DNA of 64,000 nt. Source: Naegleria gruberi (taxonomy: Eukaryota). Below, one piece after another: positions 20,743 to 33,100 of this stretch; position 1 is the first letter of the stretch; each line of letters starts with the position of its first letter. The stretch is taken from the NCBI GenBank assembly GCA_000004985.1, contig GG738851.1. The stretch is one strand, 5' to 3'. The position numbers were made by a program, and so were the translations under genes. Under the pieces are notes generated by a model. The model saw only the letters and a program-made list of their open reading frames with translations. It was not told the origin of the DNA and searched no databases.

Positions 20743-21288
20743 TTAAACAAAGAATGAAACAATAATCATCAATGCAATCAAAATGCTTGATCCAATCATC
20801 TTTTCAGCACCAGAACAAACATATTTAGTTCCAGAAAGACAAACTCCATTATATGCAGAATAATCAACAGTTTGTTTAACACTTGAACAGGCACTATCAT
20901 AATAAACAGTCAAATATCTACAGGCAGTACTCTTATAAGAACCAGCACCTGGAATAACAACACAAGTATCCAATGGGAAGATTTGTGAGACAACTAAATT
21001 GGAAGTAGCACAAGTAGTGTCAGAATAAATTGATAATTGTAAAGTATTCTTGGAACCAATGGAAGGAACAGTTGAAGTACATTGACTAGTGGTATAGAGT
21101 GAGGTGGTGTTACTACCAGTACAGGTTGGGTTGGAAGTACAGTTAGAAGTTGGAGTGTAGAGATCCAACATTGGGAGAGAGCTTGAACACTTGGAGTCAG
21201 TGAAGAGGGAAGATCTGATGTATTGACCACTGACTGATGTGATGGCAATGAGAGCAAAGAGGACAATGGAGAGAATGATAGTTTTCAT
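20743..21288 (-). CDS. Small secreted Cys-rich surface protein with predicted GPI anchor (signal peptide + C-terminal hydrophobic tail), paralog A
   Basis: 181 aa. It has a signal peptide (MKTIILSIVLFALIAITSVSGQY), about 14 Cys and a C-terminal hydrophobic tail (SSILIALMIIVSFFV). It shares the pattern QY.R..L..DS.C...LD.Y..T.NC...KNTLQ..IY.D.TC...SQI.P.DTC...KST.C...Y.D..C..VK.TVDY.A.NGVC..GTKY.C with the gene at 22345. Confidence 0.7.
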   Translation of the reverse strand: MKTIILSIVLFALIAITSVSGQYIRSSLFTDSKCSSSLPMLDLYTPTSNCTSNPTCTGSNTTSLYTTSQCTSTVPSIGSKNTLQLSIYSDTTCATSNLVVSQIFPLDTCVVIPGAGSYKSTACRYLTVYYDSACSSVKQTVDYSAYNGVCLSGTKYVCSGAEKMIGSSILIALMIIVSFFV

Positions 21289-22344
21289 TTTCTTGAGATT
21301 GTTTGTTTTTTTGAGTGAAGAAATGAGTTGAAAGTTTTGTTGAATTTATTCGAAAGTGCAAGTTCATTAATTTCATGTGGCTTCACTAATGTGACAAGTG
21401 GTTACAACGAGTGTAAGATGCAATTATTGAAATAAAATGTAAAAGGAAACTTTTCCAACTCAATTCCTACATGAAATGTGACAACTCGAAGAAATTTAGG
21501 TTTCGAATATTTCCTTCCTTACATTTCGTTCAGTGAAAAAGGTTGTAAATTCATTCAATACACAAATTACAATATCTCATCCAATTCTTTACAAAATTAA
21601 AGGTAACCCACAGCTGGCAATTTCTAGCTGGTTTGTTTGCTTGTGTGGTTAACGTTCACTAGATTCAAAATTTACCCATCAGTTGAGGAAAAAATTTATT
21701 TCCCACTTTCCAGCTTGCTTCCAACCCACAAAAATAAAACAAGAATTTTTAACAACAACAAGCTAAATTTTTATTTGTCTTATATTCGTGTTGGTTGAAA
21801 GCCAACTCTAACCCATAGGTTAAAGTACTGTAATTCTAACACCAATCCATATTCTCCAAAACCTACATGAAACCATCCTAAAGAGGTGGTTTTAGTATGT
21901 TAGTACTACTATGTTTTGGATTTTGATGTTGTGGACTAATTTTCGAGTTATTTCCCCAAGTTTCAAAGGCCAAATTTCATTCGCACCTGTCATCGCACTG
22001 GTTTGACGGATTCTTGAATCTTCTCACACAGATTCTCATGCACCAATACAATTGAAAAAACACCAGCGTAAAAACCGAGCTGTGGGCAGTTTTAATTTTG
22101 TAAAGAATTACATACCACCATTCACAATTATTTTGAGCAACTGAAATACGTACCACGTAATCCATCTCCATTTACACTTCACTTGTTACTAACAACATGT
22201 CAACACCATTCAAAAACCTCAAAAAGGAAAGCAATATTCACCCTTTAATATAACTACATATCAAACAACAACAACTACAGTAAAGCATAGGGAAAAGTTG
22301 TGAAAAAACATGTTCATATAATATATTTAAGGCATTTAATTTAT

Positions 22345-22881
22345 TTAAAAAACAATGGAAAGCAAAGCAGCAACCATCATTACAACAGTGGTAAGACCAA
22401 TCTTTTGAGCATTGTTACACAAGTACTTGGTACCCAAATTACAGACACCATTGAAAGCAGCATAATCAACAGTGTTCTTAACAGTCTTACAGTCAGCATC
22501 AGAGTAGAGAGTCATAGTCTTACATCCAGTACTCTTCATGCTTGAACCATCAGTAGATGAAATACATGTGTCAATTGGCAAGATTTGTGAGATGGAGATG
22601 GCTCCACAGGTGTTATCAGCATAAATGTTGACTTGCAAAGTGTTCTTACCACCAACTGGGACAGCAGAAGCACATGCAAGAGAGGTGTAAACAGATGTGG
22701 AATTGACACAAGTCACTGGAACAATCGAGCTGGCGCAATTGTCAGTTTTAACATACATATCCAAGTAAGCTGGAGAAGCAGTACATGTTGAATCCTTGTA
22801 CAAGGTGGTTCTCATGTATTGAGCATTGACGCTAGCAAGAGCAGCAATGAGTAAGGCAGCAATAATGAAGATGGATTTCAT
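22345..22881 (-). CDS. Small secreted Cys-rich surface protein with predicted GPI anchor, paralog B (tandem duplicate of 20743..21288)
   Basis: 178 aa (MKSIFIIAALLIAALASVNAQY...GLTTVVMMVAALLSIVF). It has the same Cys spacing and architecture as paralog A, lies 1 kb upstream and is in the same orientation. Confidence 0.7.
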   Translation of the reverse strand: MKSIFIIAALLIAALASVNAQYMRTTLYKDSTCTASPAYLDMYVKTDNCASSIVPVTCVNSTSVYTSLACASAVPVGGKNTLQVNIYADNTCGAISISQILPIDTCISSTDGSSMKSTGCKTMTLYSDADCKTVKNTVDYAAFNGVCNLGTKYLCNNAQKIGLTTVVMMVAALLSIVF

Positions 22882-23128
22882 ATTGTTGAGTGTTTTGTTT
22901 TTTTAAGGCATCTTTAATATTCACAGACTTTGTGCATGTTTATTGCCTTAAAAAAACAAAACACGATTCTGCACTACGGCTCCTTACTGCGGCTGTTGAG
23001 CAGTTGATGAACCTTCAAACACTACAAGCAAATGAAGCTTTTGGTCGTAACAAATTAGTCTTGCCTACCCTAGTACAGGTCGCGTTTAGTGTTTTTTAGA
23101 ACAGATAATTTACAGAAAGTATAATAAT

Positions 23129-25280
23129 TTATCGATGTTTGAGTTTGTGTTTCAATTGTCTCTTGTCTGAGAGTGCCTTCTTCCACTTCTTTTCGTTTTG
23201 ACCCATGGTATTCTTGTGTCTGACGTTTCTGGACATCTTCAACATCATGTATGGCTTGTTCTTCTTCTTTTGCTTTTGAGTTTCTCCAGGTTGTTCCCAC
23301 TTTCTTCTGTTGAATTTCTTCTTTTCTGGTTCAAATTCATTGTCTGAATCGTCACCCTTAGAAATGTCACCAATATCATCTTCGTCAACATTTTCATTGC
23401 TAAAGATTGGGGTTTCTCTCTTTCTCTTCTTACCCATAAGCTTTTCCATTTCCTTGCTCTTTTTGAGTTTCTTAATCAACTCAAAGTCTTCTTGTGTAAG
23501 AATTCTGGTTTGATCAATTCTTGGGCCCTTTGGTTCCTCTGAAGCTTGTTCACCATCTTCAATGACTTCTTCTTCTTCACTGTCCAATTCGAAAACATCT
23601 TCCAAGTTCAACAATTCACCACCTTCCTCGTTATCAGATCCCTCAGAATCATCAGAGTCATCCATAGCAATATTGACATCATCTTCACCGTCGCTTGGAA
23701 CATCAATCCATTCACCTTCTTCATCAGAATCTTCACCATCAACAGCCATGAGATCCTTTTCAGATTCCTTTCTCTTATTGTATTCTTCCAATAATTCAAT
23801 GCCATCAACACCTTCAGCAACTCTTTGAGTACCAAATTCTGGAATGACTGCTTCAGGATCGTGATCTTTACCTCTGTCTTTCTTGTTCAACATCTTTGGA
23901 GAAAGTTCTCTGAAGAGTGTTATAATACCTCTAGCAGCATGGAAAACTTGTTTATCCTTATGTTTAGAATATTGAGATAAATCTCTCAAGAGGGTCTTGG
24001 TCATAACTCTTGGTTGTCTTGAACAAATAACTCTAATTGTATTCAAACCAGCTGCAATAACTTCTGGTTTGGAATGGTCATTAGCAAAATTGTTAGCAAT
24101 AGTCATGACGACTGGATGAATAACATCAGGAGGAACAAAATCGTGAACTGATTGGGCAGTAATGGCAAGAATCTTGGTAACATCTAAAAAATTGAAATAT
24201 ATCAGAAATTAAAATGTCACAAAACTTACTGGCTTGGGCAGGGAGTAAATATTTTTGAATGAAAGGATAAAAATTGAGAAGAACTAATTGATTTGAGGAA
24301 ACACATCTTGAAATAACGTCCAACATTAAAATTCTTACTTCAAATTTGTCATTTGAACTCTTCAATTTAGCAAAGAGTTTTTCAGAGAAACCTTGTGGAT
24401 CATTCAACATGTTGAGAACGTTCAATGATTCAATTTCCATACCCTTTTCCTTATGTTTATCCTTCTTTTTAAGTTGTTTGAGAGCTTTCTTAAATTTGTT
24501 TTCCTTTTTCTTTGTCTTTTTAGAGTGAATATTGTTAACTTTAAACTTTAAATCTCTAATCAAGTGACCAAGATCTCTATCATCTGATTTTTGTTTTGTT
24601 CCGTCTTCATCTTCTTCAGCTTCATCAACTAATTCACCCAAGAAGAATTTAAGTGCAATAACAACAAGAGCAGTATCTTCAGCAAAACATGATTGGGAAA
24701 TAACATTGACACATCTATCATCATTCCAAATACCTCTTCTATAAAGTGTAATTAAAAGTTGCAAACTCTTCTTTGCAGCAATACGGAATGAATCTTTCAA
24801 CATGGAAAAGACAAAGTTTTGCAATGATCTATTTACATTAGGATTCTTCTTCTTCATATTGATTTTAGTAATATCGGAGAGAATGTGTTTATAAACCATA
24901 CTTCTAAGAGTCTTATCATGTACTCGGAAAAGTTTAAATAATACTGGTATTAAAGTTTTAGAGTCAAGAATGTCGTTATTACGGAAAGCAATGAGTGTGA
25001 TAGCAAGTTGTCTTCTCAATTTTGGTTCTAATTCTAATTGTTTTGTTTCCAACAAATCCAAAATCATTGGTGCTGCAGTTTTGGTTTCTGCTTTATAAAC
25101 TTTGCAAGCAACACTCAAAAATTGCAACAATTTGACAAAATATTTAGCATCATCGGCTGGTCTCAATTTTGCAACTTCGGTTTGATTTTCCAAGTGTTTC
25201 AATTGAAGGAGGAAATCATCTTTATAAGCCTTTGGATCTTTAAAAACTTGTTCTTGAAGATGAAGGAGATCGATACTCAT
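23129..25280 (-). CDS. SDA1: SDA1 homolog (pre-60S ribosome export / actin organisation protein), 2 exons
   Basis: Exon 1 (24230..25280) encodes MSIDLLHLQEQVFKDPKAYKDDFLLQLKHL...VLLNFYPFIQKYLLPAQA and ends at a GTAAGT donor. A 46-nt intron (24184..24229) ends at a TTTAG acceptor. Exon 2 (23129..24183) encodes VTKILAITAQSVHDFVPPDVIHPVVMTIANNFANDHSKPEVIAAGLNTIRVICSRQP..., then an acidic region and a basic C-terminus. Confidence 0.8.
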
Positions 25281-25504
25281 TTTTTTTGAAGGTCAAAAAT
25301 AAAAATATTTTTGTTGAACAAGACAAAATTCGGATCGAGAGAATATTCATTATTTGATGAGAAATATTTGAATATTTCAAATATAATGATGAGAAGAGCT
25401 TTTTCACCATCGTTGGACCAGATTACATGATAAATTAAATTTGTTCGGAATAATGACTATTTGATGAAGAATTTAATATCAAATTTCTAATAAGAAAAAA
25501 AATA

Positions 25505-27135
25505 ATGAAAAAGTTGTTGCTTTCTCATCGAATTCAGCTTCTTCTTCGGTATTATCTAGAAGAGGAGTTCAACATATAGAAAGTAGTATTAGGAAGGGAA
25601 GTGGAGCATTAGGATTTTCTCTATTGAATTCTTCAAAGAATAGAGATTTTCATGGGAACTCTTATAAGCGAGGATACAATTTTAAAGGAACAGAATTGGT
25701 CAGAGATTTCATTCATGATTCATTATATAATCCAGAATATGGATACTTCAACAAGAGTCATGAATTAATTATCAGTCATCCATTGTTTGAAGGAAAGGAA
25801 AATGTGGGAGAAATTTCATCATCCGAAGCCTTTGAAGAATTACTTTTAAATAATACTCTTCCAAGAGAAGAACAAACAATTTTACCATTTACTGAATTAG
25901 AAGATCATTTGGATTACTTGGAAAATTTATCTGAATTGTATCAAAGAGGTCCACAAAGTTGGGGTACTCCAATCGAAATATTTCAACCTTACTATGGTAT
26001 TGCAGTGGCAGAACACATTTTGAAAACACAATATGGATCATCTATTAATCAATCTTTGGATAGACCTTTGAAGATTTATGAAATGGGTGGCGGTATGGGC
26101 ACTTGTTGCAGAAATATTTTGGATTATTTGGAGACTGATTATCCAGAAATTTACAAGAATACAGAATATCACATTATTGAAATTTCTTCACAATTACACG
26201 AGCAACAGAAAATCAGATGTGCTCATCATGTAACCAATGGAAAACTCAAATTACATCACGACTCGTTTATGGATTGGAAACAAGTGGAGCAGGATGAATG
26301 CCACGTTATTGCTATGGAAGTTTTGGACAATTGTGCTCACGATAAGATTTCAATTGATGCTGATGGAAATGTTAAGGAATGTCATGTATTTTTCGATAAG
26401 GGTAAAAATTACTATGAGGAAGTTTACCTTGATTGTAGAGACGAGTTAATTATTAGATATTTGACGCTGGCTGGGGTTATTGAGACTTCTAACACAAAAA
26501 CCAAATTTTCTCCTAATTTTACCTACACCTCTCTGCAGGATAAGACTAAAGGAGCATTTACCAAACTGATTCAATCATTCTCTTCCAAATCCACAAATGG
26601 GATGAGATCACTCCTCATGAACTCCATTGGAGGAGACCATGTATTTTACATCCCAACAGTACAATTACAAATTATTGAAAAATTACAACAAAATTTCCCA
26701 AAACACCACTTTATTTGTGCCGATTTTGACTACTTGGGAACAGATGAATCTGGAGAAAGCAACAGACCACTCGTACAAAAGAAATTCAAATTCATGAAAA
26801 CCTCTAATTTATTAAGAAAGATCAGAGAGAAACGAACACTCTTTCTAAGTCCTGAAGATATCTCATCAGAGGACAATTTCTCCATAGAGTCACATGCATT
26901 CAGATCGTATCTAGTTCCAAAAGGAGAGTGTGATATTTTCTTTGCCACCGACTTCAATATCATGCAACAAGTTTACAGCAAAGTTTGTCAAGATCAAGGT
27001 GGCCTAAGAGGATCACTCGTCATGAAATCATCTCAATTCATGAAAGAATATGCAGAGTATGAAAATTTTACTACAAAATCAGGATACAATCCATTATTGA
27101 AAGATTACACAAACTTTTCATTCTTCCTCAGTTAA
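25505..27135 (+). CDS. NDUFAF7: NDUFAF7 / MidA-family mitochondrial protein arginine methyltransferase (complex I assembly factor)
   Basis: The main exon (~25593..27135) encodes ELVRDFIHDSLYNPEYGYFNK...PIEIFQPYYGIAVAEHIL...KIYEMGGGMGTCCRNILDYL...HIIEISSQL, the DUF185/MidA methyltransferase fold. The reported start at 25624 is a TTG. A short 5' exon (25505..25548) encoding MKKLLLSHRIQLLLR, a mitochondrial presequence, probably joins via a ~44-nt intron with a GTATTA donor. That junction is inferred from frame only. Confidence 0.7.
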
Positions 27136-27221
27136 ATTGATTTAAAAATACAAGTCAATCACGTTTTGTTCACCACCATAATTATGGCGCGTCTACTTTT
27201 TATGGAATTACATAAGAAAAA

Positions 27222-28763
27222 ATGTACACCAAGCACATTGTGGCCTTGTTTTGTTTCGTCTTGTTGTGTGATGTTGTTGCTGTCAATGCAGCAGCAGACA
27301 TTCTCTCACAAATGATGGAACAAATTCAACAAGTAAAATCATCATCGTGCAGGTACACTGCCACAGGTGTTGATTTCTCACAATGTAACGGTTATTCTAA
27401 AGGCATACTTCCTCCCATGTATGCAATGTTAGGATATAATCCAACCTCGACCGATCTATTCACCCTTCCTATCACCGAACCGAGTACAAACATTATTGTT
27501 GAGGGATATTTTAACCCTCAGGATGTTCTGCCGAATGTATGCGAATTCGAAAGTGGCTATTCTACACTCTTCCAAAATTCAACACCTAATAACTCTGAAT
27601 TTACACCAAATTTATTTTGGAATTTCAATACTAATGACTATTCAAATATATTTGGAAATGTTCTTGACATTCAACATTCGTGTTCACTTCAAAGTGAAAC
27701 CTTTGTTGCGTACAAAACTAATTCAGCAAATCTTGATTCTAATTTCAAGAAAATTATTTCACTACTTCCTATGGAGTATAATGAACAAGTTTATTCTTTA
27801 TTTTACAATAGTTATGGACCTTTAGTTTCAAAAGGTAAATATGGAGGAAGTAGAATTGAGACAATTGTAAAATCTTCAAATTTAGGTGTGAATAGAGATA
27901 GTTCAAAAGTGAAAATTGTTGGTGGTTATTCTGAAAAGGATAAACAGAGTTGGTCTTATTCTGTCTATAGGAATCCAACTATGGTTGATGTTGAGTTGAT
28001 TAGGATGAGTGATTTTATTAGAAATTTGAATTTGGCCTCTAGTAAGGTGATCAAAAACATGATTAGATTTGAAAAATCATTGTTAACAAGTATTTCTAGT
28101 AGAGATGTATACCAATCGATCTTGGAGCAAAACCGTCCTTGTAAGAATATTATACTTTCTAATATGTATGAAATCTATATACACTATGCATGCTATGTTC
28201 CAAACGTGTACACAAATGACTTAATTTCAAGAACCTATGGTTATCAAACCAAATCAGAAAACATTTTCAAATATGGGGTTATGGGAAAGGTTTGGAATTT
28301 AGATTTAAAATGTGGTCCTTCAGAAACAATGAATTTTGACAGAAATCATAAATCAAAATTCTTTTCATTGCGTTCCAATAATGAGCCACCTCAATACCCT
28401 TTCACTAGACCAGTATATTTTGATTTGAATGAATTTAATAGCCAAAACAAAAATGACTACCGACATTTCAGAGAGGCAGCACCCTATTGGAAATCAGATA
28501 TTGGAAGTAGGACACCTTTAGGAATTTTGGGTTACTGCTCTCCAGTCAAGTTAAAAGGTATGAAGCCATTGAATTTATACAAGTATAGCATCAATGAAGG
28601 GTTTGGACATTATTTGAGTATTTATTCACCTTCAACACCACCTTTAGAATACAATATTGGTTATACATATCCTCCAGATACTGGTATTGTACAGAAACAA
28701 ATCGAATCAGGAGATCCTGATTTGATATATTTCAAAGTTTGTGTGGAATTGGAAACAGATTAA
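27222..28763 (+). CDS. Secreted protein with MACPF-like signature (YGPLVSKGKYGG), 513 aa; paralog of convergent neighbour
   Basis: ATG at 27222 and a signal peptide (MYTKHIVALFCFVLLCDVVAVNAAAD). The internal block LFYNSYGPLVSKGKYGGSRIETIVKSS resembles the MACPF motif Y-x6-[FY]-G-T-H-[FY]-x6-G-G. Its stop codon overlaps the stop of the minus-strand paralog (TTAA at 28760-28763). Confidence 0.6.
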   Translation: MYTKHIVALFCFVLLCDVVAVNAAADILSQMMEQIQQVKSSSCRYTATGVDFSQCNGYSKGILPPMYAMLGYNPTSTDLFTLPITEPSTNIIVEGYFNPQDVLPNVCEFESGYSTLFQNSTPNNSEFTPNLFWNFNTNDYSNIFGNVLDIQHSCSLQSETFVAYKTNSANLDSNFKKIISLLPMEYNEQVYSLFYNSYGPLVSKGKYGGSRIETIVKSSNLGVNRDSSKVKIVGGYSEKDKQSWSYSVYRNPTMVDVELIRMSDFIRNLNLASSKVIKNMIRFEKSLLTSISSRDVYQSILEQNRPCKNIILSNMYEIYIHYACYVPNVYTNDLISRTYGYQTKSENIFKYGVMGKVWNLDLKCGPSETMNFDRNHKSKFFSLRSNNEPPQYPFTRPVYFDLNEFNSQNKNDYRHFREAAPYWKSDIGSRTPLGILGYCSPVKLKGMKPLNLYKYSINEGFGHYLSIYSPSTPPLEYNIGYTYPPDTGIVQKQIESGDPDLIYFKVCVELETD

Positions 28764-30079
28764 GAGGCAGGATAAATATAACACATAAAATATTCTTTTT
28801 TGAATTGTGAGGGTGCTGTGCTTCCATAATAATGATAATAATTAAAATACCTATTAAGCTCAATCATTCCCGCATATTGCTTTGAAGAACAGTATCCTAT
28901 TGGATAAACATATGTGTTTGAGTCTTTTGCCACCTTGTCAACTTCTGCTTTGGAACCAGTCACAAATGATTCATAAGCTATCTTTTGGTATTGAATTTTG
29001 TAATTTTGAGCCAAATAAATTGGCAAATCATACTTGTCAGATTTTTCGTGAGAAAGAATTCCAATAGCCCTTTTTCTTAAAATTCTATAATTCATAAAAT
29101 TAATATAGTTTAAACTCTCTGAAAATGGAACCAATTTGTAAAACCATTTGTAATAACTTAAATATTGAGATTGATCCTTATTCGATTCAGCTGTGATTTC
29201 GCCAAACATGAATAAATTATTCGTGCAACTATCTGAAAGTGAGTACCAATTATCAAAGGATTGATCAATGTAATTTGTGTCCAGAAGTGGTAAATTTGAC
29301 TGGCTCAACATTTGTAATACTCTTTCATTGGTTAGTTCATACTTTTTAAGATATTCACTCAAAGTCATAATTGAAAAACCGGCTTTTCCTGGATATTGAA
29401 TTATATCTTGTTCGAAAGTTGTCGAATTTCCTTTCCCTCCTATTAATATTTCATCTTGATTACTAATTATTTGCGAAGAAGCACAAGAACTACTACTATA
29501 ATTAGCAAACAATCGAATTCCTCCATATTTGATATTTGTCACAACATAGGGACCATAAATTTGAAAGAAATTATTGAAAATTTTCTCATCTGTACTTCTT
29601 TCAAGAGCTGCAAGAGCACTCATCATTTCACTATTGTGTGAAATTGACATTTTCTCATCTGCTTCACTTGTAATGTAGTACTGAGCACTAATTGTGCACG
29701 ATAACTTTAGTTTCAATACATTAGAATAGAAACTCTTGTATCTATTCATTGTAAAAGGCCATAGTGGTGAATGTGGACTCATACTTTCTGATAATACTTT
29801 GTTTAGTCCATTCGTAGTGATTGTAGAGGAAAGTAACGTTTCACCCAACAAGGAAGTGTTACCTACCCCCTGATCACACACTCCATCTACAGTGTATTCC
29901 ACTGGTTTCGGCAATGAATATTTGGTTTTGTAATTTGTGAAGGCAATATTCTTGGAGAATGTGATTCCACCATTTTGTGAATATTTTGCAGTGACAGAGA
30001 AGGGTCTTGTTTGTTGTTGATGAGTTGGATGACCACACAGAAGGAGAAGATGCAACAACAGAATGACTGCAAGTCTCAT
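28760..30079 (-). CDS. Secreted paralog with MACPF-like signature (YGPYVVTNIKYGG), ~440 aa
   Basis: The ORF runs to 30124. The hydrophobic signal peptide MRLAVILLLHLLLLCG begins at ATG 30077-30079, with an alternative ATG at 30124. FFQIYGPYVVTNIKYGGIRLFANYSSS aligns to LFYNSYGPLVSKGKYGGSRIETIVKSS of the plus-strand neighbour. Confidence 0.6.
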   Translation of the reverse strand: MRLAVILLLHLLLLCGHPTHQQQTRPFSVTAKYSQNGGITFSKNIAFTNYKTKYSLPKPVEYTVDGVCDQGVGNTSLLGETLLSSTITTNGLNKVLSESMSPHSPLWPFTMNRYKSFYSNVLKLKLSCTISAQYYITSEADEKMSISHNSEMMSALAALERSTDEKIFNNFFQIYGPYVVTNIKYGGIRLFANYSSSSCASSQIISNQDEILIGGKGNSTTFEQDIIQYPGKAGFSIMTLSEYLKKYELTNERVLQMLSQSNLPLLDTNYIDQSFDNWYSLSDSCTNNLFMFGEITAESNKDQSQYLSYYKWFYKLVPFSESLNYINFMNYRILRKRAIGILSHEKSDKYDLPIYLAQNYKIQYQKIAYESFVTGSKAEVDKVAKDSNTYVYPIGYCSSKQYAGMIELNRYFNYYHYYGSTAPSQFKKEYFMCYIYPAS

Positions 30080-30175
30080 TACACATTCTCTTTCCATTTT
30101 TTCATGTTTTAAAACATATCGCATTAGTTATTGGAAAATGGCCGAAACGTGATTAAAGGTCAATATGAGAAAAAA

Positions 30176-33100
30176 ATGAAACAGCTTCAGAGGAAATACA
30201 TTGCTCACCAAGTGCTTATTCTATTGTTTGTCTTTTTAGCATTGTTTTCAAAAAGAACAATGTGTAACAAAGCTCTTGGGATCTCAACAATTGTTGTGGG
30301 AAACTTGACTAATCCGTTTGGCCTCTCCATAACCAATCAATCACTACTAGTGGCCAATACCATTGGTCAGACAATCCTCTATGTAGATTTGAATAATTAC
30401 TTTAATTATAGTGTCATTGTGGGTGTGAAAGATGTTGCTGGATTTAACGGAGATGGTCAATTGACATATTTAAATATTACACTTGCCAATCCACAAAAAG
30501 CTTTTAAATATAATTCATTGATTTATGTGGCCGACACTTGGAATCAGAGAATTAGAGTTATTGATGGGAATTTTATGTATACTTTAATTGGTGATGGTGA
30601 ATGTGGTGATTCCAAGAATGGAAATGATTTAAAATCTTTTCAATTATGTAATCCAACGGATATATTCGTATTGGATGATATAATTTATATATGTGATTCT
30701 AATAATCATAAAATAAGAAAGATACAAAATGGAACTGTTGAAACCATATGTGGAAATGGTGACAATGGATTTAATGGAGATGATATCAAGGCAGTTGACG
30801 CAAGTTTGAATGAGCCTCAATCTATATACGTTACCAGAAACACTAAAGGAACAGACCATATATTATATATAGCCGATACAAGCAATCATCGAATTAGGAA
30901 AGTGGAAAACGGAATTATTTCAACTATTTGTGGAAATGGTGAAAGTAAATATAATGGGGATTTGATTCCTGCTAAAGAAGCTTCTCTAAACAATCCAAAA
31001 TCTGTATTGGTAACATCTGTTGGTGAGGTTTATTTCAGATTTTTCAAATAATAGAATTAGAAAAATTTTGACAAATCAAACAATAATGACAGTAACAGAT
31101 TTAATAGATTCTCCAACAGGAATGAGTTTGGATGAAAAGAATAGCACTTTATATGTTTCTGAATTTCTTAAAGGTCAAGTGAAAAAGATTAGTTTTCAAT
31201 GTTCATATGGATATAAGATAGATTCGTATTTCAATTGTGAACCATTCTGCGAAAATGAATGTAAACATGATGGAATATGTATTGCACCAAACAAATGTGA
31301 TTGCTACTCTAAATATGATGGAGATTATTGTCAATATCCTATTTGCTATGGAATTCCAAGTAATATTAATTCCACATGTTCCAAAAATGGGGAATGTCAA
31401 GATTTTAACAAATGCCAATGTTATGATGGATATTTTGGAGATGATTGTACAGGAATACTTTGCTTTGGAAAGAACACAACAGATGCAACTGTTTGTTCTG
31501 GGCATGGTAAATGCATTGCCAAGAATCAGTGTTCCTGTACAGATGACATGTTTGGAGGATTGGAGTGTCAATATCCTAAATGCAGGGGAATAGAATCTGA
31601 TAAGAAAGAAGTATGCTCATCACATGGTAAATGTGAAGCTCCAAATACGTGTTCATGCTTTGAAAACTATGTTGGAGAGGACTGCCAGTTTATTTCTTGC
31701 TTTGGAAAATATTCGAATGATTCTAATGTGTGCTTTGGAAATGGCAATTGTTCTTCACCAGATTTTTGCGCGTGTAGAAAAGGTTATACAGGAACTGAGT
31801 GTGAATATACTACTTGCTTTTGGAAAGTTTCAAACGATTCCTCTGTTTGTTCAGGACATGGCAAGTGTGTGAAACCTGACACTTGTGAATGTTCCAATCA
31901 TGATCAGTTTACCGGTATTCAATGTGAAATACCAATCTGTTATGGTGTTCCAGCAAATAATAACAGTGTTTGCTCTTCACAAGGTACTTGTATTGATGTA
32001 GAAAGTTGCCAATGTAACTTGGGATATCATGGACCTATGTGTAATGTAATTGAATGTTTTAATCAATATTCCAATCAGAGTAGTGCCTGCAGTGGTCACG
32101 GGCAGTGCATTCTACCAAATCTATGCCAATGTCATGAGAATTCTTTCACTGGACTTGAATGTGAACTTCCAGTATGTAACAATATTACACAAACTGATCC
32201 AAGAGTATGTTCTGCTAATGGAGAATGCAAAGCAATCAATGATACTACGATATGTGATTGTAGGAATGGATATGCAGGAACTGATTGCGAATTTCCAACT
32301 TGTCTTGGAATTCCTTCATCTGATGTCGACAGAGTTTGTGGTGGAAAGGGAGATTGCTTGGCCCCTAATTTGTGTAAATGCAAAGATGGACTATATGATG
32401 GATTATATTGTGAATTTCCAACATGTAGTGGAAAATCAATGAGAAATAATACGGCATGTAGCGGTTTGAATCAAGGAATTTGTGAATCTCTAAACAATTG
32501 TGTCTGTAAACATGGATATACAGGAAACGAATGTCAAATTCCAATATGTTTTTCTGAATTGTCATCGTCACCTCTTGTATGCAGTGGACGTGGTACTTGT
32601 ACATCAGCTGACCGTTGCAAATGTAAGAACGGCTATTCAGGAAAGAATTGTGAAGTTCCTCATTGTTTTGGTATCAGTGCTAATCTTTCAAGAGTTTGTA
32701 ACTGGAGAAATGGTACCTGTGTTGATAAGGATCGATGTGAATGTAATTTAGGATATCATGGCAATAATTGTCAAGTTCCAACTTGTAATGGAATTCTCTC
32801 TACTGAGCCGTCATGTTGTGGAGGACCATTGCGAGGTCAATGTTTGGCTCACAACTCTTGCTCATGTGCCCATGGTAAATATGGTGGACCAAATTGTGAG
32901 TTTTCCTATTGCTTTGGAATACTTTCGAGTGAGGCAAATGTTTGTAAGGGAACGGGAACTTGTATTTATCATGACAAGTGCGAATGCCATCTTGGTTACG
33001 CTGGTAGTGATTGTGGAGTCCCTTTAGAGGCAGTGTATATTGCCTCATCGATTGGCGGAGTTATTGTCTTGGCCTTATTAGTCATTCTCCTTGTTGTTTG

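Noticed and set aside
31033-31045. 11-nt GT..AG segment (gtttatttcag) as a micro-intron that would repair the NHL-kinase frameshift
   Set aside because: Removing it does not restore the NHL reading frame, since the downstream sequence translates to IFQIIELEKF*. It is also below any plausible spliceosomal intron length.
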